A stretch of DNA of 64,000 nt from a virus. A program made the position numbers and the translations under genes. The stretch spans positions 12,242-76,241 of the IMG/VR virus record IMGVR_UViG_3300034105_001128; one strand, 5' to 3'. Shown here in pieces: positions 28,779 through 39,181 of this stretch (positions are counted from its first letter, which is position 1; every line of letters starts with the position of its first letter). A model generated the notes under the pieces. It made no database searches. It was given only the letters and a program-made list of their open reading frames with translations, and had not been told where the DNA came from.

Positions 28779-29988
28779 ATTCTTCAAAACGTCCTCCTTC
28801 CCAATCCCAAAGCAAATCGCTTGTTGCTGGACCGCAGTTACGGCTAGCAACAATACGAAGTTCACGGGAGGAGTCGTCTTCTTCATCTTGCTTCTGCAAT
28901 CCAAGAATCACATCTGAGTCCTGAAAGAAAGAGGAAGAATAACCGATAGAGTCAGCAGACACTTGGCGCTTCTTCATCTTCCACAATAGGACCTGAGTTG
29001 AGATGACGATTGGAATATTTTGTTTTTGCGCTAAGCGCTTTAGGTTACGAGTAATGCTAGTCAATGCCTGTGGAGTATTTGACTCCCCACTTGCCTCATC
29101 AACCATAAGGTACACGCCGTCTACAAAGACAATGTCCGGCTTGATCTTTTCAATCTTTGCAGCAAGACCGGTAACTGTCATAGCTGAACTTGAGTCGGTA
29201 AGATAGAACTTGTGCATATCTTGCATTCGCTCTAGCGTTTCTTTGTAACGGCGTTCTTCATCGGGATGTAACTTTCCACGAATAAGCCGTGAGTGTGCAA
29301 TCTTAGAGCGCATAGCATCGTGACGATGTTGCTGCTCAATGTTGCTCATCTCAAATGACTGGAACATCGGTACGTACCCATCTTCGTGCACGTTAACTGC
29401 AACCTGCATAGCAAGTACTGACTTACCTGTCTTAGGAGGGGCAATGATAGTAATAAGCTGTCCTGGCTGTAGTCCAGCCGTTGCCTCGTCAATAGTGCGG
29501 AACCCTGTACGGTAACCAAGCAGGCCACCGTCTCTGGTCTTTATGGACATGTACTCTTCAAAACGATTGTTAGTATCTTTTGTAAGATCAACGTCGCTGG
29601 TTTGTCCGGCACCCTCGTCGTAGATAGTTGCTACGCCATGGCTCATCTCAGCAATAGCGGCATCGTGATTGCCGGAAGCAATAAACTCCGCAGCGCTTTG
29701 TACAACCTCAATTGCTTTTTGACGTCTACGGTATTCAACTAACTGGTCAACTAAATACTCTAGCGAGTCCTCTACCGCCAACAACCTGTATGTAGGAAAG
29801 TTATCCTTAACCGTTACTGCGCTAGGTACCTCTTGATACTTTGTCCAGTGAGTACGAATAAACTTCCAAAGGGTACGGTTCTCTTCAACAAAGAACCAGT
29901 TATCTTCTACACCAGCTTCTAGGGCAGGGACAAGCTCACGAGTACGAACTACCCGAGATATGAGACGCTCTTCGTTATCTGCTGCCAT
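28744..29988 (-). CDS. dnaB: DnaB-like replicative helicase
   Basis: TGF..ID, APPKTGKS, FEM, FVDG, STQ, QDSD, SRN. Confidence 0.9.
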   Translation of the reverse strand: MAADNEERLISRVVRTRELVPALEAGVEDNWFFVEENRTLWKFIRTHWTKYQEVPSAVTVKDNFPTYRLLAVEDSLEYLVDQLVEYRRRQKAIEVVQSAAEFIASGNHDAAIAEMSHGVATIYDEGAGQTSDVDLTKDTNNRFEEYMSIKTRDGGLLGYRTGFRTIDEATAGLQPGQLITIIAPPKTGKSVLAMQVAVNVHEDGYVPMFQSFEMSNIEQQHRHDAMRSKIAHSRLIRGKLHPDEERRYKETLERMQDMHKFYLTDSSSAMTVTGLAAKIEKIKPDIVFVDGVYLMVDEASGESNTPQALTSITRNLKRLAQKQNIPIVISTQVLLWKMKKRQVSADSIGYSSSFFQDSDVILGLQKQDEEDDSSRELRIVASRNCGPATSDLLWDWEGGRFEEYGSFGQPIQSF

Positions 29989-30394
29989 TTATTAATGCCC
30001 CTAAATCTAAATACCAATGTCCATAACGTAACCCACGCTCTGGTATATCAATAACGTTCTTTACTTCTGGACGATACGGTAACTCCGCAACAAGATCTGC
30101 AACTACGTTATATGCCCTTGCATAATTAAATGGGTTGGTACCTAGATTATCTAGATCTTCCAACACGCCATCCATCTCTTCTTGAGAATACTCGAACCCT
30201 ACTAATTCTAGTCTGAAACTGTACTTTTCAGCAAATCGCCAAAATTGGGATAGAGCTTGCCGATTGTACGTAACTTCTTCCGAAGCGACCGGTATACCAA
30301 GTACCTTAGTAATCTTGGGCCTGCGATCCAAAATACAGTCAAGAGTAACCAGCACACGAAAAGGAATTTCATTTGATATATCGCCCCCGCGCAT
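29975..30394 (-). CDS. Hypothetical (HAD-like) protein
   Basis: MRGGDISNE..RVLVTLDCIL. Confidence 0.45.
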   Translation of the reverse strand: MRGGDISNEIPFRVLVTLDCILDRRPKITKVLGIPVASEEVTYNRQALSQFWRFAEKYSFRLELVGFEYSQEEMDGVLEDLDNLGTNPFNYARAYNVVADLVAELPYRPEVKNVIDIPERGLRYGHWYLDLGALINGSR

Positions 30395-30396
30395 CT

Positions 30397-30696
30397 CTAA
30401 ACGATCTCTATTTTTCCGTATTTAACTAGGAAGGGCCTAAATAGTTTAGGATCTAAACTAGCTAAGCTGGCTTCTTGTTCTGAAGCCTTCTTTGAAACCT
30501 CGACTGGATAGATACCGTTGTTTTCGTTTCTACGAATACTAACAAAACGAGTATGCTTACAGATATTACGTTCTCTAAATGCAGCACAGTCACAACGAAG
30601 TTTTGCGTTGTCTAGATTTGTGGCAACTTCGTGCACACCAGTTTCAGAAAGAAAAAGTTGCGTTGCTTGCCATTCGCTCATTGTGTCCTCTTTCAT
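30397..30696 (-). CDS. SWIM-type zinc-finger protein
   Basis: CDC-x8-CKH. Confidence 0.65.
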   Translation of the reverse strand: MKEDTMSEWQATQLFLSETGVHEVATNLDNAKLRCDCAAFRERNICKHTRFVSIRRNENNGIYPVEVSKKASEQEASLASLDPKLFRPFLVKYGKIEIV

Positions 30697-31370
30697 TTTC
30701 GTCTATCCCCTTTCAAAGCTTTTACTTTAACAGGAACAAATGCCTCAAGAGCAAAGCTTCCCATAGGTTCTCCATAAACTCCGCCCCAATTCTCTAACTC
30801 AACGTTTGTAGTTACGATAGTTGGTAGGCCTGCGTTAAATCTTGAACGAAGTAAGGCGTCAAATGTATTCTCCGCCCAACCAGAAGTTGTTCGGTACTCT
30901 TTGCCAAGATCATCCAAAACAAACACTCTTACGTTATTCATTCTATCCGAGTCACCGTATATGCTGTCAAGTAGCAACTGATCAGCTTCGTTTTCCTCAG
31001 ACCATAGCGATTTCTGTAAGCGCAAAAGCTTTGGATAGTCCATAAATGCCCCAATTCGATTTGGGAGCGTTCCTGGGGTACCCAAGACTTCTCCTGGAAT
31101 ACCTCTAATAAGGCTCTGGAGGGCCGTAGAGGCGAGAGTAGTCTTTCCGTGACCTGGATTACCCACCAGCATGATCCCGAGTCCGCAAAATGGATCCCCT
31201 GCCTTTTGGATGATCTCACCATTGACCACTCGTTCAACCCACTGACGAACTTTTTCAACTGCTGGGCTTTGCTCAAGATCTGAGAACTCCCACCCTATGG
31301 TTTTCATTGGGAGACCGGCCTGTAGGATTTGCCTGCGCACACTTGGCGCCAATGCAGATAAATCGTACAT
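30693..31370 (-). CDS. DnaC/IstB-like AAA+ helicase loader
   Basis: GNPGHGKT, VLDDLGKE, PTIVTTN. Confidence 0.85.
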   Translation of the reverse strand: MYDLSALAPSVRRQILQAGLPMKTIGWEFSDLEQSPAVEKVRQWVERVVNGEIIQKAGDPFCGLGIMLVGNPGHGKTTLASTALQSLIRGIPGEVLGTPGTLPNRIGAFMDYPKLLRLQKSLWSEENEADQLLLDSIYGDSDRMNNVRVFVLDDLGKEYRTTSGWAENTFDALLRSRFNAGLPTIVTTNVELENWGGVYGEPMGSFALEAFVPVKVKALKGDRRK

Positions 31371-32279
31371 TTATTCTCCTCCGAGTAGTCTCAACATCTT
31401 TTCTTCGTGTGCCGCATAATCAACTGCTACTTCATCTGACACTGGTCTAGTTACAATTCCGTGAACTGTTGGGTAGTAGCCAAAGAATCGTTGCCACAAC
31501 GGCTTTCCAATCCCTGCGTCATGTAAAGACCTAGGATCACCGAAGAACATTCTCATAGCCTTTAGAATTGCTACACGCTCTGTGCCTTCTGCAACCTGCT
31601 TGTTAACCCAAGTCGCTACGTACTTGCCGTTAACTTGAGAGGGCACACCTGGGGCTGCCTTTTGAACTAAGTCGTAGAACTCTGCGACAAGGTCATTGGT
31701 TGACCACAGTTCTTCTGGAGTATTGACCCTATCTCGACTGTCATGTTGGGCTTTAACTGGTTTCTTGTACTTGGCGTTAAGTCGAGCCTGACGATCATCG
31801 ATCTTTCCAACAGTGCCGACTGATTCTTCTTCCGGAGCAATTCCAAAGCGCTTGCGCTTAGGTTTTTCTTCTCCATCAAGATTCCATGCCATCTTCTCCT
31901 CCTCAAGGGGCGCAGCCCCTATAGATAATAATCCGTTAGGATTATTATCTATATTAGTACTAGTGATATAACTACTAGCTGTATAGCTGTCTATGTATAG
32001 AACGCCTGATATTCCGTCGTCGGTAGAAAGCATCTTAATTGCCTCATCCGTGAATTTTAGATTAGTTCTCCACTGGCCGTTTACATTTACCCGGACAGAT
32101 TTAATGTAGCGCAAATCCTTCAATTCGGACATTGCACTTCGAATAGCGTCCCGACCTTCAGGGACTTCTTTATTTTCCCAGAGTTCATCCGCCGATATGA
32201 CTCGGCCCTTTGTGACATAGTAGTAGAACAGGGATCTAGCCCTGAGAGATAGCTTTGGGTTTATAATAGGTTTTAACAT
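31371..32279 (-). CDS. Putative replication initiator (winged HTH)
   Basis: LSLRARSL..Y, EGRDAIRSAMSELK..YI; upstream of DnaC-like gene; start MLKP after GGAGGG. Confidence 0.6.
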   Translation of the reverse strand: MLKPIINPKLSLRARSLFYYYVTKGRVISADELWENKEVPEGRDAIRSAMSELKDLRYIKSVRVNVNGQWRTNLKFTDEAIKMLSTDDGISGVLYIDSYTASSYITSTNIDNNPNGLLSIGAAPLEEEKMAWNLDGEEKPKRKRFGIAPEEESVGTVGKIDDRQARLNAKYKKPVKAQHDSRDRVNTPEELWSTNDLVAEFYDLVQKAAPGVPSQVNGKYVATWVNKQVAEGTERVAILKAMRMFFGDPRSLHDAGIGKPLWQRFFGYYPTVHGIVTRPVSDEVAVDYAAHEEKMLRLLGGE

Positions 32280-32301
32280 GTAACCCTCCTTATAAACTAT
32301 T

Positions 32302-32577
32302 CTATAGCTTAGCCACCTTGTTTGGCAAACCGCGACGTTCTCTAAGCGTAGGCCCACTAAAAATTTGCTCTACTAAAAGAGAAAGGGTTAACCCAATAAA
32401 AGCAGTTGCTAAAGAATAGACAACAAGATACGATAACTTCGTATCAAGATTGTAACAGGCAAGGATTGAAATAGCAAATGCCACTAAACCACGCCATTTA
32501 CCAATAGGCTTATAAAGCCCCTCAACAGCAGTTAAAATACAAGCTGTCGCTAATCCCGAAATAATAACTATGCCCAT
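32302..32577 (-). CDS. Small multi-TM membrane protein
   Basis: Hydrophobic helices; ATG 7 nt after TAGAAT. Confidence 0.55.
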   Translation of the reverse strand: MGIVIISGLATACILTAVEGLYKPIGKWRGLVAFAISILACYNLDTKLSYLVVYSLATAFIGLTLSLLVEQIFSGPTLRERRGLPNKVAKL

Positions 32578-32587
32578 AGATATCATT

Positions 32588-35500
32588 CTACTGTCTAAAT
32601 ACTACGTTGTCAACGTGGAAGGCGTTGCTCGCGCCGTATGTTGTCGGAGTTGATTTTATGGTAATTCTTGCATATGCTGCGCCGGCAATACTGCTTACGG
32701 CGTAAGTGTCTGCAATATATGCCCACCTAGTTGTTAAAGTAACTGCTGTTGTTTTAGTCTTTGTGTACATAGGGGTACCAAAACCTGAACTAGTTGAATA
32801 ATTATTAGCATCATAAAAATCAACAGTTAATATGTAGTTCCCAGCAGCTGAAACTGAAGCCACTGGTCGAACAGCTGCAGAAGCATAATAGCCGCCATTA
32901 GATGTAATTGGTATCGCCTCAGAAACAATCCCATAAGTTTTATCCCCAGAAGAGCCGGCAGTAGTAACTACAGCGTAAGCTTGTCCAGAAACAGTATTGT
33001 AATTAAATATAGATCCAGTTGTTACGTTACGACTTAAGGTAGAATTAGACGCCGTCCAATTTCCCAAAGAAGCCTCAAAAGAGTTATTTGGAATAAGGGA
33101 TTTTTCTATATCAGTGTATGGATGTGTGGGGACGCCTGTTTTAATCGCCCAAGATGAGCCATGCATAGCGTAGTCCCCTAAACTTGCACGAAGTCTAGAA
33201 ATTTTAATATCGTAGTTGTGAAAATAGGTTGACTTGCCTGAATCTCGTGCTTCCGATTGTGTAGCTAAAATATTTTTAGCAGAGTTTGTGGGATTAACTA
33301 AAGTAGTTGTTTCAGAATCGTTAAGTATATATTGAGAAGGTATGCGTCCGTACTCTACTTGTACGCCATCAATATGCACATAAGTAGCTGTAGTTTCAGA
33401 AACAGATATAGTAAATGTACCTGTTGTTGCCCCCGACGTTAATTTATATGTGCCAGAAATTCTAGTCCAACCATCCCCGCTTGCAGGCAATGTATAGCTA
33501 GAGTTACCAATAGAGTAAGTAATAGCGGTAGAAGATGGACGTCGAACATATGCAGAAACAACTATGTCTTCTCCGCCTTTAGCTACTTCTTTAAGATAGT
33601 ATGTTCCTGTAATAGTAGTGCTTGTAGTAAACGCTACTTTTCCAAAATAAGAGTTGTATAGTGGTTCAAGACCACTATCGGAAGCTGTTCTTGTAAGCGT
33701 TCCAGTAGAGGTCCAGTCAGTAGTATTTGTTTCAAACCCATGATTATGCATATAGTTAAATCTATTTTTTATTTCCCACTTGCAATCATTTGGAGAATAA
33801 TACTGTTGTACTACTGGATTTGCAGGTGTTACTCCACTAAGTCCATTAAAATACGGAGAAATCTCAGAGCCTTCCTCTAACATAGCGCCGTCTACCCAGT
33901 ACTCATCATTAGCTAAGTTATCGCTAAAATAAATAGAGACTTTAGCACAAGGTGCTACAGAATCTTGCGAAACTGGTGGTGATAAGAAAGTCACGCTTAT
34001 TTGATTTTTTGTTGTGGTTGACAACGTAATTTCGTCAGAATCAGAGTAGTTAACTAGTGCTGCGTAGTATGCGCCATTAGCATCAGTTAATACTTGTGCC
34101 TGTTCTTCTAGAGTTGCTTTGTTTGAAAATTCAATTCTAATGCGTGCTTTTCTAGTAGCGGATCCCAACACATATGCACTAGCGGTGTATGCGGTGCTTG
34201 GATCAACAGGTACCCAATCTGATATAAGCGCAGAATTTCCGTTAGCTGTTGATTTTAACTTAAGGCATTTTGTTCCGTGTGCAATAGCGGCAGTTTTTGT
34301 GCTATCTTCAATAGCAGACCCATTAAAAGGTTCCCAACCATGTATGCCATTTTCAAAACTGCCGTTTGGCATAAAGTTTTGTTTTTCTCCGTGCACATGG
34401 ATATTTACTCTCCGAGGGTCTTGATACACAAACCTATGTTCAAGTTCAGTAAATTGGCACAGGTCAATTGCGTACCGGCTAGATGACGCAGATGATGGTG
34501 TAATAGTAATTTTTACTTTAGCAAATTTAGCTTTAGGGTGAGATACAATTCCACTGCTATCTGTAGCAGTAAACTCTTTCCAAGACGTAGTTGTTGTTAG
34601 AGAGGGTCCACCAGAAGTTGCGGCCAATAGAGTACCATACATGTCATAGAACTCAATTGTTGACGTGATCGTAGCAGCATTGTCTCTATGAAGTATGTTT
34701 CCTCTAAAGAAATACTTAGTATTTGGCTTAACAGGTACGCCGTATAGGGTTACGTTGTTGCCGCTTCCAGGCAAGCTAAGTGTAACTGCGGAAGTTGAGG
34801 CTGTTGTTAATTGCCCAAAACCAGACAATTTTGGTAATGTAGTAAGTTCCCAAAGAGTTTGAGACAAGCTTGGGGGTGAAAGGGATTCTGCGTCAAATGT
34901 TTTTTGCGCTAGCGTACCGCTTGATGCAGACCATCTACCAAGTGATTCTTCAAAAGAAGCGTCATTATAGTCTAACAGTAAGTTATGGCCTACTCTAATA
35001 TCATTTCCCCAATGCGTTAGGGCCGTAGTAAATGTGGCAAAAGCTGTACTCGTACCTTTATGTGAATGTACCATATTGCCAACACTTGATAGGCTTCTAT
35101 GATACGTATCTCCCAAAGCAGGTTCAAATGGAAAATTAAAGTCTGAAATTTTATATTTAAGGACGGAGTTAGGGGTGTAAATTCTATTGTTTACGTTTCC
35201 TAAAAGAAAAGCTTCTAATCTAAATTTGTCGTAAACGAAAGAAAACACACTTAGCATTTTATAAAACGTATTGTCTTCGTTTTCTCCTACCGCTTCTCCG
35301 GTACTGTAGTCTGTAACGTTTAGCCATGCTTTAGGTAGCCAATTTGACACCTTCTGTAGGCTGCTGTCCTCTGAAATGTTTAGGGCATAAGAAGACCCAC
35401 AGGATATCCATTTAGTTCCGGTAAATACCCAAAGAGAGTAGCAGTACTCGCCAGTAAAAGGATCAGTAATTAAATCTGTATACCCACTAGTAATTGTTGA

Positions 35501-35746
35501 GTACAAGCCGCCAGCTAAATAGGTGCCTTTATAAGGGTCGTCAATATTTCCAACTGCACTCCTAACTAGTTTCCAATGGGTTAGCGGACCATCATTTGGA
35601 TCAGGGTTAATAATCCCCCAAGAAACGGCAATTTCATTATAGTTGTATGCCCAAGCTTCAATACCAGAGTTGTAGTAGACACCTACGGCTGAAGTCTCAC
35701 CATATCTAAAACCAGAGCCGTACCTACTTGTGCCATATTTAGCCAT
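32588..35746 (-). CDS. Baseplate/tail protein with repeated carbohydrate-binding-like (N.SFE...W) domains
   Basis: Follows baseplate J; HKGT wedge-like motif; repeated N(G/N)SFE...W and DG.Q/MLE motifs. Confidence 0.7.
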   Translation of the reverse strand: MAKYGTSRYGSGFRYGETSAVGVYYNSGIEAWAYNYNEIAVSWGIINPDPNDGPLTHWKLVRSAVGNIDDPYKGTYLAGGLYSTITSGYTDLITDPFTGEYCYSLWVFTGTKWISCGSSYALNISEDSSLQKVSNWLPKAWLNVTDYSTGEAVGENEDNTFYKMLSVFSFVYDKFRLEAFLLGNVNNRIYTPNSVLKYKISDFNFPFEPALGDTYHRSLSSVGNMVHSHKGTSTAFATFTTALTHWGNDIRVGHNLLLDYNDASFEESLGRWSASSGTLAQKTFDAESLSPPSLSQTLWELTTLPKLSGFGQLTTASTSAVTLSLPGSGNNVTLYGVPVKPNTKYFFRGNILHRDNAATITSTIEFYDMYGTLLAATSGGPSLTTTTSWKEFTATDSSGIVSHPKAKFAKVKITITPSSASSSRYAIDLCQFTELEHRFVYQDPRRVNIHVHGEKQNFMPNGSFENGIHGWEPFNGSAIEDSTKTAAIAHGTKCLKLKSTANGNSALISDWVPVDPSTAYTASAYVLGSATRKARIRIEFSNKATLEEQAQVLTDANGAYYAALVNYSDSDEITLSTTTKNQISVTFLSPPVSQDSVAPCAKVSIYFSDNLANDEYWVDGAMLEEGSEISPYFNGLSGVTPANPVVQQYYSPNDCKWEIKNRFNYMHNHGFETNTTDWTSTGTLTRTASDSGLEPLYNSYFGKVAFTTSTTITGTYYLKEVAKGGEDIVVSAYVRRPSSTAITYSIGNSSYTLPASGDGWTRISGTYKLTSGATTGTFTISVSETTATYVHIDGVQVEYGRIPSQYILNDSETTTLVNPTNSAKNILATQSEARDSGKSTYFHNYDIKISRLRASLGDYAMHGSSWAIKTGVPTHPYTDIEKSLIPNNSFEASLGNWTASNSTLSRNVTTGSIFNYNTVSGQAYAVVTTAGSSGDKTYGIVSEAIPITSNGGYYASAAVRPVASVSAAGNYILTVDFYDANNYSTSSGFGTPMYTKTKTTAVTLTTRWAYIADTYAVSSIAGAAYARITIKSTPTTYGASNAFHVDNVVFRQ

Positions 35747-35754
35747 TTATTTTC

Positions 35755-37554
35755 CTACTCAATTCCTCCGTTAATAACTGATGTCAAATTTGACGCAGTT
35801 AAAAACGGAATTTGAGAATCAGATAAAACAATAGTTCCTGCACTACTGCCATCATCTGTATTAAGCTTGTTAATAACTACCGATAAAATTCCTGGAATAT
35901 TTTGAATCTCTGCTGTCACAAGAGACAAAGGAATACTATCACCAAAAGTATTATTATTATAATGGAACATTCCGTCTAACCCAAGCATTGCCTGATAAAC
36001 AGCAAGTTTGATATCGGCCTGCTTATACGCAGGGTCAATAGTTGCAGTATATTTTAAGTAAATTGGTACGTATGAGGGTGGAAGCACATTTAGAGATATT
36101 CCCGCTGGAATTTTATCAGCAAAGTATTTTGTTATTTCAGAAGCAATAGAGTTCCAAGTATTCGTAAGTGCTGGGCTTGAGGCGGTTGCTGTTTTAATTG
36201 CTAAGCCCGTACGACCGTCAGCAGTTGCTGTAACCCAAGTACCAGTAGCTGCATTAGTTACTGTGAAGGTAAGGTCGGTAGGAACAGAGGCGACAGTTAC
36301 CTCAGAAAGATTGTACGCTGTTAAATACATGCCGGAAATAGTTATTACGTCTCCAACAGAAAGTCCGTGTGGACTAAGTGTTTTACATGTGTAGGTTACA
36401 GTAGTTCCGTTACCTGAAGCAGACTCAATATTTTTAACTTGTGGGTAGCCTGGGGCAGGGGTCAAATCGTTTGGTCCTTGAATGTATAGGTTTACTAAGG
36501 AGTAAACATTAGACGACGCTTTTGCTTTACCTACCTGAGAAACCATAAGAGCAAGATCTGCGTAATCTTGGAGCGTGACCGCACGTTTTCTTGTGCCAAT
36601 TGCGGCCTTTACTTTTTTACGCAATTGCTCAAAAGTGTCTGCGTCTGCCCCACCAGAAGAAGGCAAAGAGTTAGTTACCTCTATATAGGTAGGTACCTGA
36701 ATATCAAGATTTCCGGGAATAAAAGTAACTTCGCTAATAAGAAGTGACTTAATATTGCCGGCAGCACCAACACTTGATTTGTAAACCGCGCTAATAAGTT
36801 GGTTTGCCGCAGGAATGGAACCATTAATTCCATCCCCAAACACAACGCTTACAAAACCTTCAGCGTCTCGTACAACTGTAAAGACCTTATCTGTTGGTCC
36901 GTACTCTAATAGGTTGTCTACATAAGACCATGAACTAAAGGCTGTTCCTTGACCCACGTATACTGTTAACGACTTATTAACTAAGCCGTAGTCATAGATT
37001 AAAAATGTTTGGTCCTCTGACCCATCAGAAGTGCCTAGATTTGCAGGTAAAGCCTTATTGTAGTTACTATCAATTTGGTCAGGACGGTCGGTGTTTACCG
37101 TTTTTCCTTCCTCACACAGTAGCGTTATGCTTGCTCCTGGGGCTAACGCTGTAGCAGCCTCTAAAGTTTCAAAGTAAACTTGTGAGAATGGGCCGTATGA
37201 AAGGGGGGCAATAACTTGAGTACTAATTGGAATATCATATGAAGTAGTTGTAGAACTATTTGTAAAAGTTACGTACACGGTAGAAGGTGTTGGTCCAGAC
37301 ACTACATAGTCATAGAGGTTAGCAAAAGTTAATAAAGTATCAGTTTTAATAGCTGTATCAATAGAAGTTTCATTTGCAATGCGGTCAAGGTAGTGCGACA
37401 TGATATCCCCCATGTACGCAAATGATTCAACTAGTACGTTTCCTAGGTCAGAGTAGTCTGTAGGGTCCCAGTTAGTATTGGTCCTAGCCTTAATTAAATT
37501 AATTAAATCTGCTTTTAAAGCAGCAAAATCTCTAGAAGTGTAGTCAATTTCCAT
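35755..37554 (-). CDS. Baseplate J-like wedge protein
   Basis: IDYTSRDF, D.G..L.E.FAY.GD, FGDGING.IP, GGAD, RAVT..DY. Confidence 0.88.
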   Translation of the reverse strand: MEIDYTSRDFAALKADLINLIKARTNTNWDPTDYSDLGNVLVESFAYMGDIMSHYLDRIANETSIDTAIKTDTLLTFANLYDYVVSGPTPSTVYVTFTNSSTTTSYDIPISTQVIAPLSYGPFSQVYFETLEAATALAPGASITLLCEEGKTVNTDRPDQIDSNYNKALPANLGTSDGSEDQTFLIYDYGLVNKSLTVYVGQGTAFSSWSYVDNLLEYGPTDKVFTVVRDAEGFVSVVFGDGINGSIPAANQLISAVYKSSVGAAGNIKSLLISEVTFIPGNLDIQVPTYIEVTNSLPSSGGADADTFEQLRKKVKAAIGTRKRAVTLQDYADLALMVSQVGKAKASSNVYSLVNLYIQGPNDLTPAPGYPQVKNIESASGNGTTVTYTCKTLSPHGLSVGDVITISGMYLTAYNLSEVTVASVPTDLTFTVTNAATGTWVTATADGRTGLAIKTATASSPALTNTWNSIASEITKYFADKIPAGISLNVLPPSYVPIYLKYTATIDPAYKQADIKLAVYQAMLGLDGMFHYNNNTFGDSIPLSLVTAEIQNIPGILSVVINKLNTDDGSSAGTIVLSDSQIPFLTASNLTSVINGGIE

Positions 37555-37557
37555 TTT

Positions 37558-37947
37558 TTACCTCGTAACCAATCCGTCGTAATTAAATGTTGCCGTGTTA
37601 ATTTTCATAGTTGCTATTGTATTATCTGGTAATTTTAGGTATAGATTTACGTACACTATTCCTGAGTACTCATCTCCAGAAAGCTCTACTTTTTCTACAG
37701 ATAGGTCTGGGAGCCACCTACGTACTGCGTTAGATATGGCAATAGGTATTGCTCTACGATAGTTGTTTTCATTTTCAAACAGGGTAGTGGACCAGTCTGT
37801 GCCGTATTCTGGAAGCATAGGTCTTTGTCCAACATTTGTTGACAAAAGAGTAACTACCCTATCTAAATACAGTTTAGTTGCTGTTTGGGCACTTGCAACA
37901 ACCCCATTTGTATCTAAAGTGTATGGATAACTAATCGAAGAACTCAT
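37558..37947 (-). CDS. gp25/GpW-like baseplate wedge protein
   Basis: LLST..GQRPMLPEYG, RWLP. Confidence 0.85.
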   Translation of the reverse strand: MSSSISYPYTLDTNGVVASAQTATKLYLDRVVTLLSTNVGQRPMLPEYGTDWSTTLFENENNYRRAIPIAISNAVRRWLPDLSVEKVELSGDEYSGIVYVNLYLKLPDNTIATMKINTATFNYDGLVTR

Positions 37948-38573
37948 GACTGTACTCCAATCCAAACAGGGTATTCAAGAAGGCCGGCCTCAAAAACAAC
38001 CCAAACCATTTGTCCTTCCACAGGTACGGACCTATGAAAGGTATGTTCAGGAACTAGGTCGCCTTTTGAGCCAACAGTTGTGCCTACTCCAAGCCCGCTA
38101 GCAGCAGTATACTTACTATTTTCCTTAGAGTCTGTGGTAGCGCTTGGAGAATTTGCAACAATAGTGGCGTTATTTTTGCTAACAGTTTTTTGTTTAGTAA
38201 CTGCTACATGTTGGTGGTTTAGCTGTTGATTGCCTGGAGACTTTGCCACTATTGTAAGGGCAGGAACAGTCTCTGTATCCCCTCTAGAGTCTGTTACAGA
38301 TACAGGGGTTGTAGTTAACATAGCGGCAAGGGCAGCAACATTATGGGGCTCGTGATCTGGGTGGTATGACGAATCTGTAATAGGTAGGCAGGCTTTAGCC
38401 CAGTTAGATACTTCCGTACCTGAGGGCATAAACACTTTAACTTTTATTCTATTTTTGCCTGTAGGATCTAGGCCGGCAGATACCTGGGCAGAATAGATAC
38501 CATAAAACCTAGATCTTCCTTGCGGATCGTGGTTAAAGGTATTCTCATCAAGGCCGTAATTATCAAAACTCAT
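37944..38573 (-). CDS. Baseplate spike-like protein (gp5/GpV OB fold)
   Basis: FYGIY.A.V...DP...RIKV..WA; VP..G..VWVVFEAG...PVWIG. Confidence 0.75.
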   Translation of the reverse strand: MSFDNYGLDENTFNHDPQGRSRFYGIYSAQVSAGLDPTGKNRIKVKVFMPSGTEVSNWAKACLPITDSSYHPDHEPHNVAALAAMLTTTPVSVTDSRGDTETVPALTIVAKSPGNQQLNHQHVAVTKQKTVSKNNATIVANSPSATTDSKENSKYTAASGLGVGTTVGSKGDLVPEHTFHRSVPVEGQMVWVVFEAGLLEYPVWIGVQS

Positions 38574-39181
38574 TTTACAATTCTCCCACTACTTGTAGCT
38601 ACCCATTTTACAGGGTTTTTTATAGAAATCAAATTAGGATAGTAATCTAAAAATTTGGTTGCGCCGTAGACGCTTGGAACATCTGTCACAGAGGTTGAAG
38701 TATAGGCTGTGGGCATAACTGTCTTAGTTGGAATGAGTTCTGAGGAGTTTGGGGACAGAGAGAACTCAGATAGAACAGTTGCATACCCAACTAAAGACTG
38801 TCCTGACAGCTCTGATTGAATATCTCTAGTTGCTGCGCGAGTAGCTGCAGTAGGGTCTACATCCCCAATTATATCTGTACCAACCTCTAAGTTTAAAAAA
38901 TAATCCGAAGGGCGGCCACCAAATACGTGGACAACAGAAAGAACGGTCCAATATCCAGACAGACCGTTAGGTAGTCCGTCTAAATAGATAGGGTCGTATG
39001 GCTTGATAGAGGGGTGGCCAACAACTGATACCTGAGCCCTATGTTGATATCTATGTGACTTTTTATAGGAATCCGCAATTTGTTTAGCGTCTGTTTGACT
39101 AGTAGCTACTTCGTGCACGTGATATTTTTTAAATCCTGCTTTAGTTGTTGCAGTGGACTTATTATTCGAAAAAACTGTCAT
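38570..39181 (-). CDS. Baseplate hub-like protein, C-terminal part
   Basis: GHPSIKP..PIYLDG....SGYW.V.SV.H as in late-control-D C-termini. Confidence 0.6.
   Translation of the reverse strand: MTVFSNNKSTATTKAGFKKYHVHEVATSQTDAKQIADSYKKSHRYQHRAQVSVVGHPSIKPYDPIYLDGLPNGLSGYWTVLSVVHVFGGRPSDYFLNLEVGTDIIGDVDPTAATRAATRDIQSELSGQSLVGYATVLSEFSLSPNSSELIPTKTVMPTAYTSTSVTDVPSVYGATKFLDYYPNLISIKNPVKWVATSSGRIVK

Noticed and set aside
21093-29988. Inteins or introns in PolA, SNF2 helicase or DnaB
   Set aside because: Lengths are normal, motifs contiguous, and no splicing signatures were seen.
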